Source: Sphagnum compactum (Eukaryota). Taken from it: a stretch of 64,000 nt of DNA. Under the pieces are notes generated by a model, which made no database searches, was not told where the DNA came from, and saw only the letters and a program-made list of their open reading frames with translations. The DNA lies in assembly GCA_965153455.1 (NCBI GenBank), contig OZ234493.1, positions 15,986,213-16,050,212 of the forward strand, in the 5' to 3' direction. Positions 47,291 through 59,569 of the stretch are shown piece by piece (positions within the stretch are counted from its first letter, which is position 1; each line of letters opens with the position of its first letter). The translations under genes and the position numbers were made by a program.

Positions 47291-50200
47291 TTTTGTTCCA
47301 TAACTTCCAATGCCAACCAGACAATTGGACTTAAACCACTTGATTTATATGTGCAAGATGGGTCCATTCATGGTTGGGGTTCCAAAAAGGAATATCTAAT
47401 AAACAAAATACTTGCAAGGACAATTTTGAACTTTTATAATGTTTAGAATATTAGAACTAAAATGTTTTTTTATTTTTTAAATATATTATATTAACATATT
47501 ATAAAAGGAAAGAATGCATATATTAATGTATTGGATTTTATCTAGAAGTCCTTTTGAGTCCTTAACCAATAAGGGGCGGCATGTCTGGATTGCATTTGTT
47601 TTTCAAGGAGTCAAAAGGAATGGAAAAAATCATGCAAATAATTCCAAAAAAATTATGCAACAAAAACATGTTTTCTTCTATGTTTTTAGCCATTCATTAG
47701 GTGAATATGATAGACCCTAAAAAAGTAATAAGATTTGAAAGTCCTTGAAAAAAACATGAAAGGGCTATAAAGGAAAGGTTTTTAAAAAAAAATTAGTTGG
47801 TTATGTTCTTATAGTCATTAGGCTTAGATTTTTTAACTATATATGTATGTGATACATAAAGGAATTTAAAGTGCAAATTGTAAAAGGAACAAATTTTTTT
47901 TATGCCTATTACAAATGCTTTTGTCACTTGTCACATTCCTGTAATATAATTTGGACCCCGCCCATATGTTTGACATGACTATTTATCCTACCAAGTTTTT
48001 TACCATCATCCATCTCCACATTTTGAGAAATCAAGGGTCTAGAATGAAACTAAGGTGTTTCATGATAGGTTTATGTTGACTTTAAATCATTTAAAACAAA
48101 AGTTTTTTTTCAATTGTTGATTCCAAAAATTTGATCATGGCCATCAATGCATTTCATCTTTCTCCTTTCATCAATTTCTTCCAAGCTTGGTGTGCTTTGT
48201 AGCTTTTAGCAGCTATGGCAACCAAGGTGTTTGACCTAGGTGACCTGTGGTAGTTCATTGCAGGTTTTTTGTTGAGGATTTTTGAAATTACATTATGCAA
48301 ATGGCAATGTGGCATGCATCACATAGTTGTAGGTCAAAAAGGAAATATTTGAAATAAAGGTTTTGAAGAGGGTTTCCATACTTTTAGGTTTAAAAGATTG
48401 TGTTTATTTTTCTTGGTAGTGCCAAATCATAGAAGTGCATGCCACTTGTGAATCTCCTTTTCTACCCACAATGATCTCAGCACGTGAAGTTTCAAAGTCA
48501 TTGTAAGAGGTATGTTCCCCTTGCAGAGTTGGATAGAGATGGATATGTTGTATTTGTTGTGCCCCAATTGTTTTGAAAGCTATGAGCATTATACAATTAA
48601 AAGAGTGTTGGAAAGTGGGGAACAGAGAGGCTCCAAAAGTATGTTGTCACAGTCGAGGTCATAGTGAACCACTTAGTGCATCAATACACATGGTATTTGT
48701 GAAGAGAATTAACTTCAATCTTTGGGTCATGGACTAAAAGTCATACGTTTTAAGGCCTCAATTCATGAAAACTTTGTTCCAAAGATAGGTAGTATTGAAG
48801 CAAAAATTGGATTCACTATCATCTACCAAGATTTATGATGTATTAATTGATGCATCCATCGGAATGTTGTTGCTATGATTGGTAAGAAACATCGGTTGTG
48901 CAGTTGTGACAGATGAATGATGAAGCTAATGCAAACTATGATGGCTTGAGGGTCTCTGAAGCTTTCCAAAGGTAATATGCTACTGTTGTGTTTTAGTTGA
49001 GGGAAACCAAAAATTAGTAGGTATTGCCATTTTTTGTCCTTGATATGGACCTCAATGATTTTATTGTTTTTCTATTAGATTGTGGTACTTGACTACATCC
49101 ATTGTGTGGTGAGAATCAAAGTGTCTCAATCAAATCATGCAGCTTGGGGATCCTCAGGATTCATCAGTTAGACAAGATTTTGTATTTGTGAGGTTTCTTA
49201 TTGAAATGTAAATGTTCTCTTGGTTGTATACAGGTGCATTAGTTGTTGGTTCTTTCCTTCTTTCATTCCTTATGAAAAACATTGGGACATTGAACTTTCT
49301 TTCTGAGACAAAGAAAAAGCTTTTCAAAGCCAACTCTTGATACCTTGGTTTCCAAAAACTATCTTTTTTCCATATGATGTAGTCCTTGATTACCAAAAGC
49401 TTCGAAGCTTGAAGTAAGTTTGCTGTGATCAAAAGGTATGAGCGTTTTAGGGCTTTACTACTTGAAGAACAACATGATAGACTTCTAGATATAGTGGTAG
49501 CCTTTCATGAAAATTAGGGTTGGAGTAAGTCTATGTAGTCTTGCTTTTCGTGGAGGTGCGAGTAGGTTCATCAAGTAGAGATTTGCACATTTGGGGATGT
49601 TGCCATGTCCATAAGCTGCACTTATAATGTTTGAGATTCAACATAAAGTTGTTGTTGTCAACCCCATAGTCCAAAATCTAACATACCCATGGTTTTTGAA
49701 TTTGTTCTAGGATTTGAACCTTGGTGTAGAAAACTTGGATCTTTTGTAATCCTTTTAAACTGCTAAGGATTTGACACAAGTTCAGGTTCTAATGCTTGAA
49801 AAGAATTTTTTATTGTACAGGAACTAGGAATCACATTGCTATTTGAGCACAAACACCTTGTACCAAGAATCACATCATGTAAATTTCAGAATATGGAAAG
49901 GAGATTGCTTGGATATGCCTAAATGCTTTGGCAAGATATTTTAAATATTTTCTTTTGCTACATGATTCGAGTTGTATTCATAGCATGTCAATTCAACTCT
50001 CTTTCAATCTAGCTCATTCATTTCCACCTTTTTCTTACAGACCCAAAATAGTAATGTGGCACGATACAAAAAGTTAGAAAAAATGGAGCATTCAATTTTT
50101 GATGTAGAAATAATCACTGTAAATAGTCTTCTAATGAACCCCTTCATCCCATTATTTGAAAAGATTTGTGAATGGGTTTGACCATAAACAACTAGATATA

Positions 50201-52789
50201 GATGCAAGAAAAAACTGTGATGGGGTGCATGAAAGTCCTCTAGGATTTAAGGTGAGGGAGACTATTGCTTTCCATATCTTTGTTTTCCCATGGTGTTCCT
50301 ATTAGTCTTCTTTGAGTCACTATTGTGTTGCAAAACTTACCCCAATCATTGATAAGATTACTGATGTTTTCATTTCTTTTGCATAGAGGAAATTCCAACC
50401 TTTACACGTCATGGCCATCATGTTTTTTCCTCCATTTCAAAATGAACTATGATGTTTGGAATGGGGATAAGAACAAAAGATGCCATATCAGAAGCAAAAC
50501 AAGTTGATGGGGGTAAAAATGGGCTAATAGGAGCCAACGACAACCTCCTAAGTCACTATGACTAGTTTTAAAAAGATGACATGGCGGCACGGGATTGGAT
50601 GAAAAGTCTTGAGATAGTGCTAAATGACAATGCTTAAATAATATTTTTACATTATCTCACTATGCTGAAAAACATTGGTTATAGGCTTTAAAATGTGTTG
50701 AAAGGTATTCTATATTTCTTGGATTACATTTCGAACTTGATTAGATGTTAAATTAATATATTAGAAAAGGCTTCACATAAATACAACATATATTGTCAAC
50801 ATTATTTTAATTTATGAGACATATGAACATCAAAACCAAGGATTGGTTACGCCAAAATTGGCTCATATTAGCTTGGTTTTATCCATGGGAAGAAACCCCA
50901 TCATATTTGAATAAAAGCAAGGGGTGATGTATGTAGATGGAGGGTGTGATGGGAATAATGGTTGAGATGAGGTGGTAAGGACACTAATCCTTCATATCTT
51001 GGATGTTAATGTCGTAGAATGGGAACACCATGAGGCCATGTCATTAAAGAAGTTGAAGAAGTTCTCGAAAGGCAATTTGAATATGTAGACAATGAGTTTT
51101 TTGTGGTGGGCTTTACGAATATGGTAAAAAGGTGGTTGAAAACATAGAAAAGTAAGTTGAAAGTAAGGTTCATGGCAGGGAAGAAAAATCGCCTTGTCAA
51201 TATTGAACCTATTCAATGGGAGAGGTTGAAGGGATATTGGTTAAAACTTGAAATAGAGAATTTAAGGCTGAACAAATGTCAAATGTAACATCACAAATTT
51301 ATAAGCTTCATGGGTTCGTTCCAAATTTGTGCGAAATTTGTTATTTCATGGGTTTGTATAATTTAAACACGAATGTCATGCATTACTTAAACATGGAAGT
51401 CATGTGCATGACTTTCATGTGTAAATAACACAAATAGACATACAACATTTGTGTTTAAAGAATATGAACAAGCATATGACATTCATGTTTAAATAATGCA
51501 CATGACATCGATGTTCAAACAATACAAGTAAATGAATGACATCCATGTCTATTCCATATGAACCTATGAAAAGCTAATTTTGCATGACTATTACTGCCAA
51601 ATCGTGACCCATGAAGTTTGTGATGAAGGAGCAAATGACAAACTTGGTGAATGTGGGGTAGTTAAGAAGCGCAAGGAAGGAAGCAAAGTTGGTACTAGCT
51701 TGAATTGAACTTATTTTTTGAAATTTGATTAGTGTTCATATAATTTGGCTGTTAGTTCATATTTGACCCATGAATGTGTTTACATTTTGTGATGCAAAAG
51801 AGGCAACAAAGCCTAGGTTTGATAGAAATTGTTAAGGAATTTCAAGGATTAGAGCAAACCTATCCAACATCAGTGAGTTATCAAAATGTTCAAAAACTTT
51901 GTTATGAAATTCACTAGTTTTTTAGTTATTTGTAAAATTTTAGTACTTTGATTTTGAAAGAAAACCATGGGTAATTGTAATGTCTAAAAACCTATTTATA
52001 AAGCTACATAAAAACCTATCTATTTTGTTTCTAGAATCCAACCCTACTTTTAACTAGTGTAGCAATAATCACATGTCATGTTTCCTCAATCTAAAACTTT
52101 TAACATTGAAGCATCAGATCCCATGGACACATCAATGGTGGGTAGTGGTAATGACATATCACAATCCCTTTTCTTGGATAAGATTGTTTCAGAGACAAAG
52201 GAAGAAATAGGTTCATTAAAGTCACAAAGGGCCATAGAATCACGACCTAAAAAGAAGTGAAAGAATCACCATTAATGAATACAATAGCACCACTTCAAAG
52301 TGTAGAGGGTGAGGATTGGGTTGTTTTTCAATTAAGAACATCCCTTGTGAAGAAACTATTTAAGCAAAAATATCCAGCAAAATTCAACATGGTTGGATCC
52401 AACTCTGGCGTTCAAAATGTGGAAGTTTTGAGTTAGGTGAGTTCGCTGTTTGGTTTGGAACTAGCATTTTTTCCCTTTATTTGCACCTATGTGCGACTAG
52501 GCTTCAATTAATGTGTTTGTGTGAATTTGGATTGGGTTTGTAGCAACAGATGCATGGGAAGGAGCTAAGGGGGAGGGTGATTGGACTTGTGGGGCCCAAT
52601 AAAGAAAACCAAGTTGCATTTGTAAGGATTGGCAAAGAAAAGGTAACCATTTTCCTTTGATTTTTTATTTTTCAAATGATGAAAGTGGGTTACATAAACT
52701 ATTACTTTGATTGTACACATGTACAAATGTGATTAGGTGCATTGAAATTATAATTAATATTGAGGCATTTGCTTGTTGGGTGGATGTAG

Positions 52790-53030
52790 TTTGCTATTGA
52801 ATAATTTGTGGTATTGATGAATCCAAAGAATGCAAAGCAAAAGGTGGCATCTAGTAAAGTTTGTGGTTGATGGGGGCTGGAGAAATTTCATGGCATAACT
52901 ATTCCAAAATTTTGGTTCAAAGTAGATGTTGCAACTGCATACATGCTTGAGATTCCACTAATGCACCCACACGAAGTTGATGATTAAACTATAGTGGGAG
53001 ATCTATGGTAGGCACTTGTCCCTTGTGGAA
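52790..53030 (+). mobile_element. Possible decayed CACTA-associated ORF fragment
   Basis: KVASSKVCG*WGLEKFHGITIPKFWFKVDV...IPLMHPHEVDD*TIVGDL resembles the FH..IP..W.KVDV..L..P..GD domain of En/Spm accessory proteins (from memory). Confidence 0.3.
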
Positions 53031-54729
53031 TTGGAAGTATGTGAAAATTGTAAGTTGACAAACTTTTTGAATGATTGATATGCTCAAGATTTGAACTTAT
53101 CAAGTTGGTGAACTTGGACATTGAGCATAGTACAATTGTTACATTGTATTGGCTCACTTTATTCCAAATTTTGTGCAATACTTTAGTTTTGTATAATCAA
53201 TAGTTGGTTGACCATGACATTATGGATGTGTTAATTACTAAAGAATTCAACAATTTGTGGCATGGGGATCCATTTGTTTCCATATGATTAGTCATTAACA
53301 TGGAAGTTACTTTTCTGTAGTAATATATGAGATGTAATAAAATCATTGATACTAGCCACCCTCTTTAGTAGATAATATAATTAATGATGAATGATTTTTA
53401 TATGATTAATAACATTGTATGACTTTTAGAGTTGTAGTTATTTGGAAATTGATTGAAAATAAACAACAATGACTATCATATCACTAGTCTTATGTTGTGC
53501 TAGCCCTTAAACACATTTCAAATGACTAAAACGTGAAAGTTTTATGGTTACAAAGTCATAATATAATAATTTGAAAAATAAAAAATCAACTAGAAAATTA
53601 TTTCTATATGATTAACATATTACACATAAGCCCTAAAATGTAATTACATAACAATTTATGAATGACTACCCCTTCAAGCTCTTTCCCTTACACATGTCCA
53701 TGTGCATAATCACCACATAGTTATTGCCACGATGACGAATGTTTTTTCAACACGTGTGCTAATCCAAATTGTGACACATGGACCACTCACATTCACCCAC
53801 ATATAAGAAGATGAAATGAAATGGAATTCATATTTTAGTCATTTACAATCATCACATGTGGAAGTATGATTCCTTGTGTGGACCCCACTTAAGCAGTGCA
53901 TTAATATGATGTACGATCCCCCACAACAATAAATATGAGTTGTCTTATTGCTTCACCAAAATGTGTCCTAGCTCATTCTGGGTTTCACTAGATTTTGAGT
54001 GAATTTGGACATTTTTACCATGGTGAAATTGGTTAACCCCCTAGTGAACAGGGATTAGTTATTATGGACAATGAATTACTCCATTGCTACCTAGTGAAAT
54101 ACAAATTTACCAATCCATTTCACTTGTTAATTAATAAATTAGGCAACATGGAAATCAATTAAATTTAAATTATTTCATATTTAATATTATTGATAATTTC
54201 ATGATTTTCAACCTATGAATTATTGACACGTGTCATTACTTATGTTAGGTTAAAAAACCTAACCCAAGTACATAAGGCCATGTGATCAACCTAAATAGGC
54301 ACTTACTTTAGGGAATTACATAGGAGAATATTCGGTCAACCTATCATTGTTGACCATAAACACACCATTTATGAGGTTTGATCCTTTGATCTCTAGGATG
54401 GAAGCAAATTCCTCTACCATCAAGCCACCACACTTATTGTGATAATGTGTTACATTGCATTTTATTTATTAAATACTTCATTTTAAACATTACAAAAACA
54501 TAAACTTTGAAAATTCAAATCTTATTGAAATTTTGTTCAAATGAAATGATTAAAGTTTAATTTAAGAGTTTTTCCAATGTTGTATATAATGATTATTTTT
54601 TTTGAAAATGTAAAATCATTTGAACAAAGTTGTTTTTGAATATCACTATTTAATAACATTTCAATGACCATTCTTTTGAAAAATAAATGTTTAATAATTG
54701 GATAAGATTTTTGTTAATATTATAATATT

Positions 54730-55740
54730 ACCTATGTTAGGTTATTTTCAACTATTTTAGAGCTACTTTTCATTATTCTAAATTATTTCACCCTACATTA
54801 TTTATGGCTATTTAGGCTATTTTTATTTATTTATGGTTATTTTAAGTATTTCACATTAAATTACTTTTGGTTAATTTAAGTTACTTTTGGTTATTTTATT
54901 TTACTTTTGGTTATTTTATGTTACTTTTGACTATTTGAATATATTTCACCTTAAGCTATTTTTGAGTATTATAAGTTATTTTTAGTTATTCTAAGCTCTT
55001 TCATTTTAAGTTATTTTAGGCTATGTGAAGTTATTGTTGGTTATTTTATTGGTGGCTATTGGTGACTATTATATTAGTGGCTATTACTAGTTATTGGTAG
55101 TTATTCTAGTGGTGGCTATTAATGGTTATTGGTCGCTAGTCTATTGGGCTATTAATACTATTTTATTAATGGTTATTTTATTGGTGGCTATTAGTGGCTA
55201 TTTTATTATTGACTATTGATGGTTATTATATTAATGGCTATCAATGGCTATTATATTTTTGGTTATTGGTGGTTATTATATTGGTGGTTATTAGTAGCTA
55301 TTCCATTGGTGGCTATTCTATTATAAGTTATTAGTGGATATTTTAGGTTGTATTATCATAGGCTATTGGTAGTTGGTTTATTGTAGGCTATTATGGGCTA
55401 TTCTAGGTTATTTTACCTTAGGTCATTAAATTTTATTTTAGATTATTTTAAATTGTTATAATTATGATAAAATAATTTATAATAGTTTAAAGTATAACTT
55501 GAAATAACATATGTTAACTTAAAATAAAATAACTTAAAGTATAACTTAAGGTTAGTTGAATAATTTAATTTAAAATAACTTCAAGTAAAAAACTTATAAT
55601 AAGTTAATTAAAATACCTTAAAATAAAATAATGTATAATTGTTCAGGGTATAATAATTTACAATAACTTATAATTACTTAGGGTATAAGTTAGAATAACT
55701 AAGGTAGTGTAAAATAATATAAGGTTTATCATAAAAATAA
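54730..55740. repeat. Low-complexity GGTTATT/GGCTATT tract followed by an AATAAC-rich complementary tract
   Basis: Dozens of GG(T/C)TATT motifs occur at 54730-55450. AAATAAC/TATAAC motifs follow at 55460-55740. Confidence 0.7.
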
Positions 55741-58091
55741 CAAATGATATTTGAAACAACAACATAAAAATAAACCTATATATCACAATAAATAATAATA
55801 ATGAATTATGTCAATTAGTAATGAAACATGATGTTTACATAGTGATATTATAGTGAAATAACTTTAACCAAGGTGAAATCACTAAAGTGCAGTGAACTAA
55901 TTTCACTTTTATGGTCCCATAGTGATTTAAGCTAATGAATTACACCCCATTTTTGTAATAGTGTATATTATTTGTCTTATATGACTACATGACGTGGGCT
56001 ACCATGTTGAATATTCAATGATGGCTTGTTCTTAATAACTCGTCCAATATGATTAAAGGGCGGTTAATCACATAATGTCCAATATGACTACAAAATTAGT
56101 CATACATAAAGTCATAAATTTAGGAATTACTTCTAATGCATTTAACCTTTTTTTAATGAAATATGGTAACAAAGGCCAAAATTTTGAACCTTAATGAAGC
56201 CTAAAAAGTTGCATGGGCCTTTTTGAACATCAAAATTATGTGAAAATTCATGCCTAGAGGAAAAACCATTGATTTTTTGACCTTGTATTAGATTAACTAA
56301 TGTTTGCAAAATTTGTGATAAAAAAGTTAATTGACATAAATTTATAGAATTAATCATGATGGATAGGATGGATCAATTTAAATTCATTTCAAATTTAACA
56401 TAACATTATTTAATTTATTTAATGATGCAAAATTCAAACTTATGTTGTAACCACATGAATTCAACGTATGTTATGGTGAGGGGGTTTTCATAAGTGGCTT
56501 TATGACCTATTGAATTAAAAGGTTGATAGTTCAAACTTCAACCTCTTAAAGCCCCTTTTCCTCAGACATTTATGACATAGTTAACCAAATTGAGAAATAC
56601 CCATTAACAAGTTATATATGAAGTTAGTGTGGCACATTATGCAATATTTTATTATTTTGTCACATGGTTTGACTAGTTTGACAATATTTATAAAATAAAG
56701 AAATTATAATTAAACTTATGGTGATTTAAATATGATGCATAATTTGTTTTGGCATTGAATTTGAATATTTATATTTATTTAAAAATTTAGCTTTAATATT
56801 TCATAAAAAGAAAGGAACACATGATGAATCTTCTCATTTTTAAAAGGCTTGGAAATATGTAGTGAAAATAATACAACCATATGTTGCCTTGGATAGGTCA
56901 ATTATAATTATTATCAAACAAATAACATACAAATATAATGTTTTAAGACATGAACCATTCCGGCGTGAAACATCACAAACTTCCTAGGGAACAATAATTA
57001 TGTAAAAATAATGGGAATTGCTATATAACGAAATTTGGATCAAATGTCATTTTTTCATTATTTCAAAAAATCTTTAAATTATATTTTATTATCATAATAT
57101 CAACATAAACATAATTATTCTTTAAAATGATATAAATTTTAAATAATGGTGAAATAACATTGAACCATTATTCTTTTCATTGTCATGATAATGCAATTAA
57201 TAAATGAAAATCATTGTTCATTATGTTTATATATTTTCAACAAACATTTTATCAACAATAAAATAATAAAGTGAAAAACACATAATACTAATGTGAAAAA
57301 AACTTAAATAACATAAATATAATGAATCATTATAATATCTATGGGTGGGCCAATTTGGACCTAGTTTCATGATATGTGCATGTAAAGTATGTACATAATT
57401 TGCAAAATGTGTTGCATTAAATTTTGGTTTTTGGTTTCATTTTGGGTGTTTGGGCTTGATGGTTTGATTTTTACAAAGTTGTGATTTTTATTAGGTTTTG
57501 GTTTGAATTATTCAACTGAAAAACATTTGACATGAAAATTTAAAAAATGGCCCATAGGTCACATATCTTGTCATTTCCCATTTGAAAAAAAGTACACCGT
57601 GACAACAATTTGGGCTCCCCCATATTCTGTTTTCACCTTCCATTTCATTCAAAACAAACAAAAGCAAAAGACAAACCATGATTGTATGATCTAATTTTTA
57701 AAAACTAGGTCATGTTTACAGTCATAGTCAAGATTTAGGGTCAAATAAATAGAATTAGTTCACTCATTAATACTAGTTCATTTATTAATTTATGAATTCA
57801 ATTGAACTTATTAACAATCAATATTTAAATTTTTTTATGATGTATATTTCACATTTCTACATTTTTTCTAATACTAGCGACTAAATTTAAATATCTTATA
57901 TTAATTATGAAATTATTTTCAAAATAAATATAACCCTATGGCGCAAAATATAATGTAATATTCAGAATCATTGTACATGAGAAATAGTTCTATAAATGTG
58001 AGGACCCTATTTTTTTAATGTACAAGTAAATGATGAATGCAAATGATTATATTTAATTTCACTTTGAAATGGAAAGTTTCTAAGCATATGT

Positions 58092-58094
<3 letters not shown>

Positions 58095-58125
<31 letters not shown>
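58095..58125. repeat. (AT)n microsatellite
   Basis: About 15 AT units. Confidence 0.95.
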
Positions 58126-58126
<1 letters not shown>

Positions 58127-58740
58127 CACCAAATAAGCTTCACTTTGAACTTGGGAAGATTTCAATGAGCATGTGAAAAGAGGCAAAGATAAATAGGAAA
58201 GGAGCTGGAGATTTTGGAAACGTAGTCAAAAGAAAGTTGTAAAGATTTTGTCTTTTCATGTAAGTGGGTAGGGGAGAGAAGAGAGATAGTTACTTTAGCA
58301 GATGGCATAGACATTCATACATACGTGACGACAAGAATTATGTGACCTACTTGAAACCATAGACTTTGGATAAATCGAGAGAATATATAAAAGCTGGCGG
58401 TGAACGATGGAATAATCCAGGCTTGACTGTCAGAACGTGATGAGGATTTCGCTGAAACAGCTTGCACCCTGACGTTTTATCTCCAAAAAATTACAAGATT
58501 AGATGCAAACGGGGCGCAAATGAGCACTGGCAGGTCGTTATATAAATTACGAAAACAAACGAGAAGTTGACGAGTCCAAAAGACTCGACAACTCTCTTTT
58601 AATGTAACGGTTTAAACATAACTACATCTGCATTAATTGTAGACATATATATAATTGTCGTCGGACACCATTCTGGAAGTACCCCATCGACGTATTTCGA
58701 CAACGACGAGTTGATGGTGTTGGGAAAAAATTTTGGGCAA

Positions 58741-59255
58741 AATTTCAATGTGCTCCAGATGGGTGCAATACTCCAGAACACTGTGTGTAACTGTGATCAC
58801 AGCAACCTAATGGAAAGAGATCCTAAGATCTAGAAGCTTTTTGTACTAAGTAGTTTATGGGAAACTTTTTTTTGGTCATAATTTCAATATGCTCTAGATG
58901 GGTGCAATACTCCAGAATGTTGTGTGTAACTGTGATCACAACAACCTAATGGAAAGAGACCCTAAGAGCAAGAATCTTTTTGTACTAAGTAGTATGTGGG
59001 AAAGTACTTTTTTTTGCATAATTTCAATATGCTCTAGATGGGTGCAATACTCCAGACTATTGTATGTATTAACTGTGATCATAGCAACTTAATGGAAAGA
59101 GACCCTAAGAGCTTAGAAGCTTTTTGTACTAAGTAGTATGTGAGAAAGTACTTTTTTGCATCATTTCAATATGGTCCAGATAGATGGAATAATACTCCAA
59201 AATGTTGTGTGTAACTGTGATCACAGCATGAACCTAATGGAAAGAGATCCTTAAG
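58741..59255. repeat. Tandem array, ~140-bp unit x~3.7
   Basis: ATTTCAAT.TGCTC.AGATGGGTGCAATACTCCAGA...TGTGTGTAACTGTGATCACAGCAACCTAATGGAAAGAGA.CCTAAGA recurs at ~58741, 58880, 59020 and 59162. Confidence 0.92.
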
Positions 59256-59302
59256 AAATAGTCCAACCTTTTGTAGTCATAAGTATGTGTAATTTCGGGT
59301 AT

Positions 59303-59569
59303 TCATCTTTTGTTGTGGCCGTCCAAGTAGGAGTTGAAATAGGGAGTGCCGAGTTCCTCTTGGATTTCGGTGAGCAGATCAGGGACGTACACGACTTCAG
59401 GTAACTCGTGGCCTTCAAGCATCTTCTCCATTTGCTCACGACCTTCTTTACCTATCTCCTCCTCGATGGCGGCCAGCAACTCCAGTATACTCGTCCAATC
59501 TGGAAAAGAGTCCGGAGTCAGTTCCGTGAAGACAACATATTCTTCATTACTACTACTCCGAGCTTCCAT
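59303..59569 (-). CDS. Unidentified 88-aa acidic protein, single exon
   Basis: ATG-to-TGA ORF in a GC-elevated island within very AT-rich DNA, with protein-like composition. A TATA-like TATATAA and an ACGT core lie at ~59785-59806. Confidence 0.5.
   Translation of the reverse strand: MEARSSSNEEYVVFTELTPDSFPDWTSILELLAAIEEEIGKEGREQMEKMLEGHELPEVVYVPDLLTEIQEELGTPYFNSYLDGHNKR

Noticed and set aside
47500..52700. Short ORFs in the AT-rich region
   Set aside because: No motifs or consistent exon structure. Probably heavily decayed transposon DNA.
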